From positions 682,001-746,000 of the forward strand of contig CAXIUT010000230.1 in NCBI GenBank assembly GCA_964035545.1: a stretch of DNA of 64,000 bases, in the 5' to 3' direction. A program made the translations under genes and the position numbers. The notes under the pieces are model-generated. The model saw only the letters and a list, made by a program, of their open reading frames with translations, was not told where the DNA came from and did no database searches. Of the stretch, positions 1 to 17,160 are shown in pieces. Positions within the stretch are counted from its first letter, which is position 1. Every line of letters begins with the position of its first letter. Source of the DNA: Bugula neritina. Taxonomy: Eukaryota > Animalia > Bryozoa.

Positions 1-3000
1 GCATACTGAAATGTGCTGTAGCCTACTGAAATACACTGCATTATACTGAAATACACTGCTACATACTGAAATATACTGCAACATACCGAAATGCACTGTA
101 ATATGCTGAATTACACTGCAACACATTGATATATACTGCAACATAGCAAAATATATATTAAACTACTGAAAAACACTTTAACACATTGAAAAATACTGCA
201 ACATACCTAGTTATACTATAACACACTGAAATATACTGCAACATACTGAAATACACTGTAAAATACTGAAATATACTGCGAGATACTGAAATACACTGCT
301 ACATACTGAAATATACTGCAACATACTGCAACATACTGAAATACACTGTAACATACTAAAATACACTGCAACATACTACAACATATTGAAATACACTGCA
401 ACACATTGAAATAAACTGCAACATACCTAAATATACGGTAATATACTGAAATAAACTATAACACATTGAAAATACTGCAACATACTGAAATACACTGCTA
501 CATACTGAAATATACTGCAACACACTGCAACATACTGCAACATACTAAAATACACTGTAACATAATGAAATACACTGCAACACATTGAAATATACTGCAA
601 AATACTTAAATACACTGCTACATACTGAAATATATTGCAACACACTGCAACATACTGCAACATACTAAAATATACTGCAACATACTGAAATACGCTGCAT
701 AATACTGAAATACACTGTAACATACTGAAATATACTGCAACATACTGAAATTTACTGCTACATACTGAAATATACTGCAACACTCTGCAACATACTGCAA
801 CATACTAAAATACACTGTAACATATTGAAATACACTGCAACACATTGAAATACACTGCAAAATACTGCAACATACTGAAATACACTGTAACATACTGAAA
901 TACACTGTAACATACTGAAATATACTGCAACATACTGAAATACACTGCTACATACTGAAATATATTGCAACATACTGAAATACACTGTAATATGCTGAAT
1001 TACACTGCAACATACTGCAACATACTGAAATACACTGTAACATACTGAAATACACTGCAACATGCTACAACATATTGAAATACACTGCAACACATTGAAT
1101 ATACTGCAACATACCTAAATATGCGGTAATATACTGAAATAAACTATAACACATTGAAAATACTGCAACACACATAATTATACTGTAACACACTGAAATA
1201 TACTGCAACATACTGAAATACACTGTAAAATACTGAAATATACTGCAACATACTGAAATACACTGCTACATACTGAAATATACTGCAACATACTGCAACA
1301 TACTGAAATACACTGTAACATACTGAAATATACTGCAACATCCTGCAACATACTGAAATACACTGTAAAATACTGAAATATACTGCAACATACTGAAATA
1401 CACTGCTACATACTGAAATATACTGCAACATACTGCAACATACTGAAATACACTGTAACATACTGAAATATACTGCAACATCCTGCAACATACTGAAATA
1501 CACTGTAAAATACTGAAATATACTGCAACATACTGAAATACACTGCTACATACTGAAATATACTGCAACATACTGCAACATACTGAAATACACTGTAACA
1601 TACTGAAATATACTGCAACATCCTGCAACCTACTGAAATACACTGTAACATACTGAAATACACTGTAATATGCTGAATTACACTGCAACACATTGAAGTC
1701 TTATGCAACACACTTAAACATACGGCAACATACTGAAATATACTTCGGCACATTGCAATATACTGCAGCATACTGAAATATGCTTTAGCCTACTGAAATA
1801 CACTGCATTATACTGAAATACACTGCTACATACTGAAAAATACTGCAACATACTGAAATAGACTGTAATATGCTGAATTACACTGCAAAACATTGAAATA
1901 TACTGCAACATAGCAAAATATATATTAAACGACTGAAATATACTTTAACAGATTGAAAAATACTGCAACATACACAATTATACTGTAACACACTGAAATA
2001 TACTGCAACATACTGAAATACACTGTAAAATACTGAAATATACTGCAACATACTGAAATACACTGCTACATACTGAAATATACTGCAACATACTGCAACA
2101 TACTGAAATACACTGTAACATACTGAAATACACTGCAAAATACTACAACATATTGAAATACACTGCAACACATTGAAATATACTGCAACATACCTAAATA
2201 TACGATAATATACTGAAATATACTGTAACACATTGAAAAATACTGCAACATACTGAAATTCACTGCAACATACCACAACATACTGAAATACACTGCAACA
2301 CATTGAAATATACTGTAACCCGCTGAAACATACTGTAACTCACTGAAATATAGTGTAATATACGGAAATGTACTGTAACACACTGGAATATACTGTAACA
2401 CACTGAAATATACTGCGACATACTGAAATACACTGTAACATACTGAAATATACTGCAACATCCTGCAACATACCGAAATACACTGTAACATACTAAAATA
2501 TACTACAACATGCTGAAATACACTGCAAAATACTAAAATATACTGCAACACACTGCAACATACTGCAACATACTAAAATACACTGTAACTTATTGAAATA
2601 CACTGCAACACATTGAAATATACTTCAAAATACTGAAATACACTGCTACATACTGAAATATACTGCAACACACTGCAACATACTGCAACATACTAAAATA
2701 CACTGTAACATATTGAAATACACTGCAACATATTGAAATATACTGCAAAATACTGAAATACACTGTTACATACTGAAATATACTGCAACACACTGCAACA
2801 TACTGCAACATACTAAAATATAATGCAACATACTGAAATACACTGCAAAATACTGAAAGACAGTGTAACACACTGAAATATACTGCAACATACTGAAATA
2901 CACTGCTACATAGTGAAATATACTGCAACACACTGCAACATACTGCGACATACTAAAATACACTGTAACATATTGAAATACACTGCAACACATTGAAATA

Positions 3001-5489
3001 TACTGCAAAATACTGAAATACACTGCTACATACTGAAATATACTGCAACACACTGCAACATACTGCAACATACTAAAATATACTGCAACATGCTGAAATA
3101 CAATGCAAAATACTGAAATACACTGTAACATACTGAAATATACTGCAACATACTGAAATACAGTGCTACATACTGGAATATGCTGCAACACATTGCAACA
3201 TACTGCGACATACTAAAATACACTGTGACATATTGAAATACACTGCAACACATTGAAATATACTGCAAAATACTGAAATACACTGCTACATACTGAAATA
3301 TACTGCAACACACTGCAACATACTGCAACATACTAAAATATACTGCAACATACTGAAATACACTGCAAAATACTGAAATACAGTGTAACACACTGAAATA
3401 TACTGCAACATACTGAAATACACTGCTACATAGTGAAATATACTGCAACACACTGCAACATACTGCGACATACTAAAATACACTGTAACATATTGAAATA
3501 CACTGCAACACATTGAAATATACTGCAACATACCTAAATATACGATAATATACTGAAAGATACTGTAACACATTGAAAAATACTGCAACATACTGAAATA
3601 CACTGCAACATACCACAACATACTGAAATACACTGCAACACATTGAAATATACTGTAACCCGCTGAAACATACTGTAACTTACTGAAATATAGTGTAATA
3701 TACGGAAATGTACTGTAACATACTGGAATATACTGTAACACACTGAAATATACTGCGACATACTGAAATACACTGTAACATACTGAAATATACTGCAACA
3801 TCCTGCAACATACCGAAATACACTGTAACATACTAAAATATACTACAACATGCTGAAATACACTGCAAAATACTAAAATATACTGCAACACACTGCAACA
3901 TAGTGCAACATACTAAAATACACTGTAACTTATTGAAATACACTGCAACATATTGAAATATACTGCAAAATACTGAAATACACTGCTACATACTGAAATA
4001 TACTGCAACACACTGCAACATACTGCAACATACTAAAATACACTGTAACATATTGAAATACACTGCAACACATTGAAATATATTGCAAAATACTGAAATA
4101 CACTGTTACATACTGAAATATACTGCAACACACTGCAACATACTGCAACATACTAAAATATACTGCAACATACTGAAATACACTGCAAAATACTGAAATA
4201 CAGTGTAACACACTGAAATATACTGCAACATACTGAAATACACTGCTACATAGTGAAATATACTGCAACACACCGCAACATACTGCTACATACTAAAATA
4301 CACTGTAACATATTGAAATACACTGCAACACATTGAAATATACTGCAAAATACTGAAATACACTGCTACATACTGAAATATACTGCAACACACTGCAACA
4401 TACTGCAACATACTAAAATATACTGCAACATGCTGAAATACAATGCAAAATACTGAAATACACTGTAACATACTGAAATATACTGCAACATACTGAAATA
4501 CAGTGCTACATACTGGAATATGCTGCAACACACTGCAACATACTGCGACATACTAAAATACACTGTGACATATTGAAATACACTGCAACACATTGAAATA
4601 TACTGCAAAATACTGAAATACACTGCTACATACTGAAATATACTGCAACACACTGCAACATACTGCAACATACTGAAATATACTGCAACATACTGAAATA
4701 CACTGCAAAATACTGAAATACACTCTAACATACTGAAATATACTGCAACATACTGAAAAACACTGCTACATACTGACATATACTGCAACACACTGCAACA
4801 TACTGCAACATACTAAAATACACTGTAACATATTGAAACACACTCCAACACATTGAAATATACTGCAACATACCTAAATATACGGTAATATACTGAAGTA
4901 TACTGTAACACATTGAAAAATACTGCAACATACTGAAATACACTGCAACATACTACAACACACTGAAATACGCTGTAACATATTGAAATACACTGCAACA
5001 CATTGAAATATACTGTAACTCGCTGAAACATACTGTAACTCACTGAAATATAGTGTAATATACGGAAATGTACAGTTACATTCTGGAATATACTGTAACA
5101 CACTGAAATATGCTGCAACGTACTGAAATACACTGTAACATACTGAAATATACTGCAACATCCTACAAGATACTGAAATACACTGTAACATATTTAAGTA
5201 CACTGCAACACATTGAAGTATACTGCAACACACTAAAACATACGGCAACATACTGAAATATACTTCGGCACATTGCAATATAGTGCAGCATACTGAAATA
5301 TGCTGTAGCCTACTGAAATACACTGCATTATACTGAGATACACTGTTACATACTGAAATATACTGCAACATACTGAAATACATTGTAATATGCTGAATTA
5401 CACTGCAACACATTGAAAAATACTGCAACATACATAATTATACTGTAACACACTGAATTCTTCTGCAACATACTGAAATACACTGTAAA

Positions 5490-8400
5490 ATACTGAAATA
5501 TACTGCAAAATACTGAAATACACTGTTACATACTGAATTATACTGCAACATACTGCAACATACTGAAATACACTGTAACATACTGAAATACACTGCAACA
5601 TACTACAACATATTGAAATACACTGCAACACATTGAAATAAACTGCAACACACCGAAATATACTGCAAAATAATACAACATACTGAAATACACTGTAACA
5701 TATTGAACTACACTGTAACACATATAAATATACTGCAACATACCAAAATATATGGTAACTTACTGAAATATACTGTAACACATTGAAAAATGCTGCAACA
5801 TACTGAAAATTACTGCGACACATTGCAATATACTGTAACATACTGAAATATGCTGTAGCACACTGAAATACACTGCAACTCACTGAAATATACTGCAAAA
5901 TACTGAAATACACTGTAACATATTGAAAAATGCTGCAACATAGTGCAACATTCTGAAATACACTGTAACATACTGAAATACACTGCAAAATACTACAACA
6001 TAGTGAAACACACTGTAACACATTGAAATATTTTGCAACATACCTAAATATACGGTAAGATACTGAAATATACTGCAACACACTGCAACACACTGCAACG
6101 TACTGCAACATACTAAAATATACTGCAACATACTGAAATACACTGCAAAATACTGAAATACACTGTAACATACTGAAATACACTGCAACATATTGAAATA
6201 CACTGCTACATACTGAAATATACTGCAACACACTGCAACATACTGCAACATACTAAAATACACTGTAACATATTGAAATACACTGCAACACATTGAAATT
6301 TACTGCTATGTACCGAAATATAAGGTAAACTACTGAAATATACTGTCACACATTGAAAAATACTGCAACATACTAAAATATACTGCAACATACTGAAATA
6401 CACTGCAAAATACTGAAATACAGTGTAACACACTGAAATATACTGCAACATACTGAAATACACTGCTACATAGTGAAATATACTGCAACACACTGCAACA
6501 TACTGCGACATACTAAAATACACTGTAACATATTGAAATACACTGCAACACATTGAAATATACTGCAACATACCTAAATATACGATAATATACTGAAATA
6601 TACTGTAACACATTGAAAAATACTGCAACATACTGAAATACACTGCAACATACCACAACATACTGAAATACACTGCAACACATTGAAATATACTGTAACC
6701 CGCTGAAACATACTGTAACTCACTGAAATATAGTGTAATATACGGAAATGTACTGTAACATACTGGAATATACTGTAACACACTGAAATATACTGCGACA
6801 TACTGAAATACACTGTAACATACTGAAATATACTGCAACATCCTGCAACATACCGAAATACACTGTAACATACTAAAATATACTACAACATGCTGAAATA
6901 CACTGCAAAATACTTAAATATACTGCAACACACTGCAACATATTGCAACATACTAAAATACACTGTAACTTATTGAAATACACTGCAACACATTGAAATA
7001 TACTGCAAAATACTGAAATACACTGCTACATACTGAAATATACTGCAACACACTGCAACATACTGCAACATACTAAAATACACTGTATCATATTGAAATA
7101 CACTGCAACACATTGAAATATACTGCAAAATACTGAAATACACTGTTACATACTGAAATATACTGCAACACACTGCAACATACTGCAACATACTAAAATA
7201 TACTGCAACATACTGAAATACACTGCAAAATACTGAAATACAGTGTAACACACTGAAATATACTGCAACATACTGAAATACACTGCTACATAGTGAAATA
7301 TACTGCAACACACTGCAACATACTGCGACATACTAAAATACACTGTAACATATTGAAATACACTGCAACACATTGAAATATACTGCAAAATACTGAAATA
7401 CACTGCTACATACTGAAATATACTGCAACACACTGCAACATACTGCAACATACTAAAATATACTGCAACATGCTGAAATACAATGCAAAATACTGAAATA
7501 CACTGTAACATACTGAAATATACTGCAACATACTGAAATACAGTGCTACATACTGGAATATGCTGCAACACACTGCAACATACTGCGACATACTAAAATA
7601 CACTGTGACATATTGAAATACACTGCAACACATTGAAATATACTGCAAAATACTGAAATACACTGCTACATACTGAAATATACTGCAACACACTGCAACA
7701 TACTGCAACATACTAAAATATACTGCAACATACTGAAATACACTGCAAAATACTGAAATACAGTGTAACACACTGAAATATACTGCAACATACTGAAATA
7801 CACTGCTACATAGTGAAATATACTGCAACACACTGCAACATACTGCGACATACTAAAATACACTGTAACATATTGAAATACACTGCAACACATTGAAATA
7901 TACAGCAAAATACTGAAATACACTGCTACATACTGAAATATACTGCAACACACTGCAACATACTGCAACATACTAAAATATACTGCAACATACTGAAATA
8001 CAATGCAAAATACTGAAATACACTGTAACATACTAAAATATACTGCAACATACTGAAATACAGTGCTACATACTGGAATATGCTGCAACACACTGCAACA
8101 TACTGCGACATACTAAAATACACTGTGACATATTGAAATACACTGCAACACATTGAAATATACTGCAAAATACTGAAATACACTGCTACATAATGAAATA
8201 TACTGCAACACACTGCAACATACTGCAACATACTGGAATATACTGCAACATACTGAAATACACTGCAAAATACTGAAATACACTCTAACATACTGAAATA
8301 TACTGCAACATACTGAAAAACACTGCTACATACTGACATATACTGCAACACACTGCAACATACTGCAACATACTAAAATACACTGTAACATATTGAAACA

Positions 8401-11400
8401 CACTGCAACACATTGAAATATACTGCAACATACCTAAATATACGGTAATATACTGAAGTATACTGTAACACATTGAAAAATACTGCAACATACTGAAATA
8501 CACTGCAACATACTACAACACACTGAAATACGCTGTAACATATTGAAATACACTGCAACACATTGAAATATACTGTAACTCGCTGAAACATACTGTAACT
8601 CACTGAAATATAGTGTAATATACGGAAATGTACAGTTACATTCTGGAATATACTGTAACACACTGAAAAATGCTGCAACATACTGAAATACACTGTAACA
8701 TACTGAAATATACTGCAACATCCTACAAGATACTGAAATACACTGTAACATATTTAAGTACACTGCAACACATTGAAGTATACTGCAACACACTAAAACA
8801 TACGGCAACATACTGAAATATACTTCGGCACATTGCAATATAGTGCAGCATACTGAAATATGCTGTAGCCTACTGAAATACACTGCATTATACTGAGATA
8901 CACTGTTACATAATGAAATATACTGCAACATACTGAAATACATTGTAATATGCTGAATTACACTGCAACACATTGAAAAATACTGCAACATACATAATTA
9001 TACTGTAACACACTGAATTCTTCTGCAACATACTGAAATACACTGTAAAATACTGAAATATACTGCAAAATACTGAAATACACTGTTACATACTGAAATA
9101 TACTGCAACATACTGCAACATACTGAAATACACTGTAACATACTGAAATACACTGCAACATACTACAACATATTGAAATACACTGCAACACATTGAAATA
9201 AACTGCAACACACCGAAATATACTGCAAAATAATACAACATACTGAAATACACTGTAACATATTGAACTACACTGTAACACATATAAATATACTGCAACA
9301 TACCAAAATATATGGTAACTTACTGAAATATACTGTAACACATTGAAAAATGCTGCAACATACTGAAAATTACTGCGACACATTGCAATATACTGTAACA
9401 TACTGAAATATGCTGTAGCACACTGAAATACACTGCAACTCACTGAAATATACTGCAAAATACTGAAATACACTGTAACATATTGAAAAATGCTGCAACA
9501 TAGTGCAACATTCTGAAATACACTGTAACATACTGAAATACACTGCAAAATACTACAACATAGTGAAACACACTGTAACACATTGAAATATTTTGCAACA
9601 TACCTAAATATACGGTAAGATACTGAAATATACTGCAACACACTGCAACACACTGCAACGTACTGCAACATACTAAAATATACTGCAACATACTGAAATA
9701 CACTGCAAAATACTGAAATACACTGTAACATACTGAAATACACTGCAACATATTGAAATACACTGCTACATACTGAAATATACTGCAACACACTGCAACA
9801 TACTGCAACATACTAAAATACACTGTAACATATTGAAATACACAGCAACACATTGAAATTTACTGCTATGTACCGAAATATAAGGTAAACTACTGAAATA
9901 TACTGTCACACATTGAAAAATACTGCAACATACTAAAATATATTGCAACATACTGAAATACACTGCAAAATACTGAAATACAGTGTAACACACTGAAATA
10001 TACTGCAACATACTGAAATACACTGCTACATAGTGAAATATACTGCAACACACTGCAACATACTGCGACATACTAAAATACACTGTAACATATTGAAATA
10101 CACTGCAACACATTGAAATATACTGCAACATACCTAAATATACGATAATATACTGAAATATACTGTAACACATTGAAAAATACTGCAACATACTGAAATA
10201 CACTGCAACATACCACAACATACTGAAATACACTGCAACACATTGAAATATACTGTAACCCGCTGAAACATACTGTAACTCACTGAAATATAGTGTAATA
10301 TACGGAAATGTACTGTAACATACTGGAATATACTGTAACACACTGAAATATACTGCGACATACTGAAATACACTGTAAAATACTGAAATATACTGCAAAA
10401 TACTGAAATACACTGTTACATACTGAAATATACTGCAACATACTGCAACATACTGAAATACACTGTAACATACTGAAATACACTGCAACATACTACAACA
10501 TATTGAAATACACTGCAACACATTGAAATAAACTGCAACACACCGAAATATACTGCAAAATAATACAACATACTGAAATACACTGTAACATATTGAACTA
10601 CACTGTAACACATATAAATATACTGCAACATACCAAAATATATGGTAACTTACTGAAATATACTGTAACACATTGAAAAATGCTGCAACATACTGAAAAT
10701 TACTGCGACACATTGCAATATACTGTAACATACTGAAATATGCTGTAGCACACTGAAATACACTGCAACTCACTGAAATATACTGCAAAATACTGAAATA
10801 CACTGTAACATATTGAAAAATGCTGCAACATAGTGCAACATTCTGAAATACACTGTAACATACTGAAATACACTGCAAAATACTACAACATAGTGAAACA
10901 CACTGTAACACATTGAAATGTTTTGCAACATACCTAAATATACGGTAAGATACTGAAATATACTGCAACACACTGCAACACACTGCAACGTACTGCAACA
11001 TACTAAAATATACTGCAACATACTGAAATACACTGCAAAATACTGAAATACACTGTAACATACTGAAATACACTGCAACATATTGAAATACACTGCTACA
11101 TACTGAAAGATACTGCAACACACTGCAACATACTGCAACATACTAAAATACACTGTAACATATTGAAATACACAGCAACACATTGAAATTTACTGCTATG
11201 TACCGAAATATAAGGTAAACTACTGAAATATACTGTCACACATTGAAAAATACTGCAACATACTAAAATATACTGCAACATACTGAAATACACTGCAAAA
11301 TACTGAAATACAGTGTAACACACTGAAATATACTGCAACATACTGAAATACACTGCTACATAGTGAAATATACTGCAACACACTGCAACATACTGCGACA

Positions 11401-14400
11401 TACTAAAATACACTGTAACATATTGAAATACACTGCAACACATTGAAATATACTGCAACATACCTAAATATACGATAATATACTGAAATATACTGTAACA
11501 CATTGAAAAATACTGCAACATACTGAAATACACTGCAACATACCACAACATACTGAAATACACTGCAACACATGGAAATATACTGTAACCCGCTGAAACA
11601 TACTGTAACTCACTGAAATATAGTGTAATATACGGAAATGTACTGTAACATACTGGAATATACTGTAACACACTGAAATATACTGCGACATACTGAAATA
11701 CACTGTAACATACTGAAATATACTGCAACATCCTGCAACATACCGAAATACACTGTAACATACTAAAATATACTACAACATGCTGAAATACACTGCAAAA
11801 TACTTAAATATACTGCAACACACTGCAACATATTGCAACATACTAAAATACACTGTAACTTATTGAAATACACTGCAACACATTGAAATATACTGCAAAA
11901 TACTGAAATACACTGCTACATACTGAAATATACTGCAACACACTGCAACATACTGCAACATACTAAAATACACTGTATCATATTGAAATACACTGCAACA
12001 CATTGAAATATACTGCAAAATACTGAAATACACTGTTACATACTGAAATATACTGCAACACACTGCAACATACTGCAACATACTAAAATATACTGCAACA
12101 TACTGAAATACACTGCAAAATACTGAAATACAGTGTAACACACTGAAATATACTGCAACATACTGAAATACACTGCTACATAGTGAAATATACTGCAACA
12201 CACTGCAACATACTGCGACATACTAAAATACACTGTAACATATTGAAATACACTGCAACACATTGAAATATACTGCAAAATACTGAAATACACTGCTACA
12301 TACTAAAATATACTGCAACACACTGCAACATACTGCAACATACTAAAATATACTGCAACATGCTGAAATACAATGCAAAATACTGAAATACACTGTAACA
12401 TACTGAAATATACTGCAACATACTGAAATACAGTGCTACATACTGGAATATGCTGCAACACACTGCAACATACTGCGACATACTAAAATACACTGTGACA
12501 TATTGAAATACACTGCAACACATTGAAATATACTGCAAAATACTGAAATACACTGCTACATACTGAAATATACTGCAACACACTGCAACATACTGCAACA
12601 TACTAAAATATACTGCAACATACTGAAATACACTGCAAAATACTGAAATACAGTGTAACACACTGAAATATACTGCAACATACTGAAATACACTGCTACA
12701 TAGTGAAATATACTGCAACACACTGCAACATACTGCGACATACTAAAATACACTGTAACATATTGAAATACACTGCAACACATTGAAATATACAGCAAAA
12801 TACTGAAATACACTGCTACATACTGAAATATACTGCAACACACTGCAACATACTGCAACATACTAAAATATACTGCAACATACTGAAATACAATGCAAAA
12901 TACTGAAATACACTGTAACATACTAAAATATACTGCAACATACTGAAATACAGTGCTACATACTGGAATATGCTGCAACACACTGCAACATACTGCGACA
13001 TACTAAAATACACTGTGACATATTGAAATACACTGCAACACATTGAAATATACTGCAAAATACTGAAATACACTGCTACATAATGAAATATACTGCAACA
13101 CACTGCAACATACTGCAACATACTGGAATATACTGCAACATACTGAAATACACTGCAAAATACTGAAATACACTCTAACGTACTGAAATATACTGCAACA
13201 TACTGAAAAACACTGCTACATACTGACATATACTGCAACACACTGCAACATACTGCAACATACTAAAATACACTGTAACATATTGAAACACACTGCAACA
13301 CATTGAAATATACTGCAACATACCTAAATATACGGTAATATACTGAAGTATACTGTAACACATTGAAAAATACTGCAACATACTGAAATACACTGCAACA
13401 TACTACAACACACTGAAATACGCTGTAACATATTGAAATACACTGCAACACATTGAAATATACTGTAACTCGCTGAAACATACTGTAACTCACTGAAATA
13501 TAGTGTAATATACGGAAATGTACAGTTACATTCTGGAATATACTGTAACACACTGAAAAATGCTGCAACATACTGAAATACACTGTAACATACTGAAATA
13601 TACTGCAACATCCTACAAGATACTGAAATACACTGTAACATATTTAAGTACACTGCAACACATTGAAGTATACTGCAACACACTAAAACATACGGCAACA
13701 TACTGAAATATACTTCGGCACATTGCAATATAGTGCAGCATACTGAAATATGCTGTAGCCTACTGAAATACACTGCATTATACTGAGATACACTGTTACA
13801 TACTGAAATATACTGCAACATACTGAAATACATTGTAATATGCTGAATTACACTGCAACACATTGAAAAATACTGCAACATACATAATTATACTGTAACA
13901 CACTGAATTCTTCTGCAACATACTGAAATACACTGTAAAATACTGAAATATACTGCAAAATACTGAAATACACTGTTACATACTGAAATATACTGCAACA
14001 TACTGCAACATACTGAAATACACTGTAACATACTGAAATACACTGCAACATACTACAACATATTGAAATACACTGCAACACATTGAAATAAACTGCAACA
14101 CACCGAAATATACTGCAAAATAATACAACATACTGAAATACACTGTAACATATTGAACTACACTGTAACACATATAAATATACTGCAACATACCAAAATA
14201 TATGGTAACTTACTGAAATATACTGTAACACATTGAAAAATGCTGCAACATACTGAAAATTACTGCGACACATTGCAATATACTGTAACATACTGAAATA
14301 TGCTGTAGCACACTGAAATACACTGCAACTCACTGAAATATACTGCAAAATACTGAAATACACTGTAACATATTGAAAAATGCTGCAACATAGTGCAACA

Positions 14401-17160
14401 TTCTGAAATACACTGTAACATACTGAAATACACTGCAAAATACTACAACATAGTGAAACACACTGTAACACATTGAAATATTTTGCAACATACCTAAATA
14501 TACGGTAAGATACTGAAATATACTGCAACACACTGCAACACACTGCAACGTACTGCAACATACTAAAATATACTGCAACATACTGAAATACACTGCAAAA
14601 TACTGAAATACACTGTAACATACTGAAATACACTGCAACATATTGAAATACACTGCTACATACTGAAATATACTGCAACACACTGCAACATACTGCAACA
14701 TACTAAAATACACTGTAACATATTGAAATACACAGCAACACATTGAAATTTACTGCTATGTACCGAAATATAAGGTAAACTACTGAAATATACTGTCACA
14801 CATTGAAAAATACTGCAACATACTAAAATATATTGCAACATACTGAAATACACTGCAAAATACTGAAATACAGTGTAACACACTGAAATATACTGCAACA
14901 TACTGAAATACACTGCTACATAGTGAAATATACTGCAACACACTGCAACATACTGCGACATACTAAAATACACTGTAACATATTGAAATACACTGCAACA
15001 CATTGAAATATACTGCAACATACCTAAATATACGATAATATACTGAAATATACTGTAACACATTGAAAAATACTGCAACATACTGAAATACACTGCAACA
15101 TACCACAACATACTGAAATACACTGCAACACATTGAAATATACTGTAACCCGCTGAAACATACTGTAACTCACTGAAATATAGTGTAATATACGGAAATG
15201 TACTGTAACATACTGGAATATACTGTAACACACTGAAATATACTGCGACATACTGAAATACACTGTAAAATACTGAAATATACTGCAAAATACTGAAATA
15301 CACTGTTACATACTGAAATATACTGCAACATACTGCAACATACTGAAATACACTGTAACATACTGAAATACACTGCAACATACTACAACATATTGAAATA
15401 CACTGCAACACATTGAAATAAACTGCAACACACCGAAATATACTGCAAAATAATACAACATACTGAAATACACTGTAACATATTGAACTACACTGTAACA
15501 CATATAAATATACTGCAACATACCAAAATATATGGTAACTTACTGAAATATACTGTAACACATTGAAAAATGCTGCAACATACTGAAAATTACTGCGACA
15601 CATTGCAATATACTGTAACATACTGAAATATGCTGTAGCACACTGAAATACACTGCAACTCACTGAAATATACTGCAAAATACTGAAATACACTGTAACA
15701 TATTGAAAAATGCTGCAACATAGTGCAACATTCTGAAATACACTGTAACATACTGAAATACACTGCAAAATACTACAACATAGTGAAACGCACTGTAACA
15801 CATTGAAATATTTTGCAACATACCTAAATATACGGTAAGATACTGAAATATACTGCAACACACTGCAACACACTGCAACGTACTGCAACATACTAAAATA
15901 TACTGCAACATACTGAAATACACTGCAAAATACTGAAATACACTGTAACATACTGAAATACACTGCAACATATTGAAATACACTGCTACATACTGAAAGA
16001 TACTGCAACACACTGCAACATACTGCAACATACTAAAATACACTGTAACATATTGAAATACACAGCAACACATTGAAATTTACTGCTATGTACCGAAATA
16101 TAAGGTAAACTACTGAAATATACTGTCACACATTGAAAAATACTGCAACATACTAAAATATACTGCAACATACTGAAATACACTGCAAAATACTGAAATA
16201 CAGTGTAACACACTGAAATATACTGCAACATACTGAAATACACTGCTACATAGTGAAATATACTGCAACACACTGCAACATACTGCGACATACTAAAATA
16301 CACTGTAACATATTGAAATACACTGCAACACATTGAAATATACTGCAACATACCTAAATATACGATAATATACTGAAATATACTGTAACACATTGAAAAA
16401 TACTGCAACATACTGAAATACACTGCAACATACCACAACATACTGAAATACACTGCAACACATTGAAATATACTGTAACCCGCTGAAACATACTGTAACT
16501 CACTGAAATATAGTGTAATATACGGAAATGTACTGTAACATACTGGAATATACTGTAACACACTGAAATATACTGCGACATACTGAAATACACTGTAACA
16601 TACTGAAATATACTGCAACATCCTGCAACATACCGAAATACACTGTAACATACTAAAATATACTACAACATGCTGAAATACACTGCAAAATACTAAAATA
16701 TACTGCAACACACTGCAACATATTGCAACATACTAAAATACACTGTAACTTATTGAAATACACTGCAACACATTGAAATATACTGCAAAATACTGAAATA
16801 CACTGCTACATACTGAAATATACTGCAACACACTGCAACATACTGCAACATACTAAAATACACTGTAACATATTGAAATACACTGCAACACATTGAAATA
16901 TACTGCAAAATACTGAAATACACTGTTACATACTGAAATATACTGCAACACACTGCAACATACTGCAACATACTAAAATATACTGCAACATACTGAAATA
17001 CACTGCAAAATACTGAAATACAGTGTAACACACTGAAATATACTGCAACATACTGAAATACACTGCTACATAGTGAAATATACTGCAACACACTGCAACA
17101 TATTGCGACATACTAAAATACACTGTAACATATTGAAATACACTGCAACACATTGAAATA
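5490..17160. repeat. 4890-bp HOR (about 2.4 copies) made of 3560-bp and 1330-bp sub-units
   Basis: Marker TACTGCTATG at 6301, 9861, 11191, 14751 and 16081 (spacings 3560, 1330, 3560, 1330). ORF-track copies are offset by exactly 4890 (6970/11860/16750; 8958/13848; 9766/14656). Ends are approximate. Confidence 0.9.
7070..8280. repeat. 260-bp HOR (26 monomers) alternating as a 520-bp A/B unit
   Basis: TACTGCGACA-TACTAAAATA at 7321, 7581, 7841 and 8101 (period 260). CAGTGTAACA at 7241/7761 and CAATGCAAAA at 7481/8001 (period 520). The same units recur near 2.8-3.5, 4.1-4.7, 12.0-13.1, 17.0-17.6, 25.2-25.7 and 27.9-28.4 kb. Confidence 0.9.
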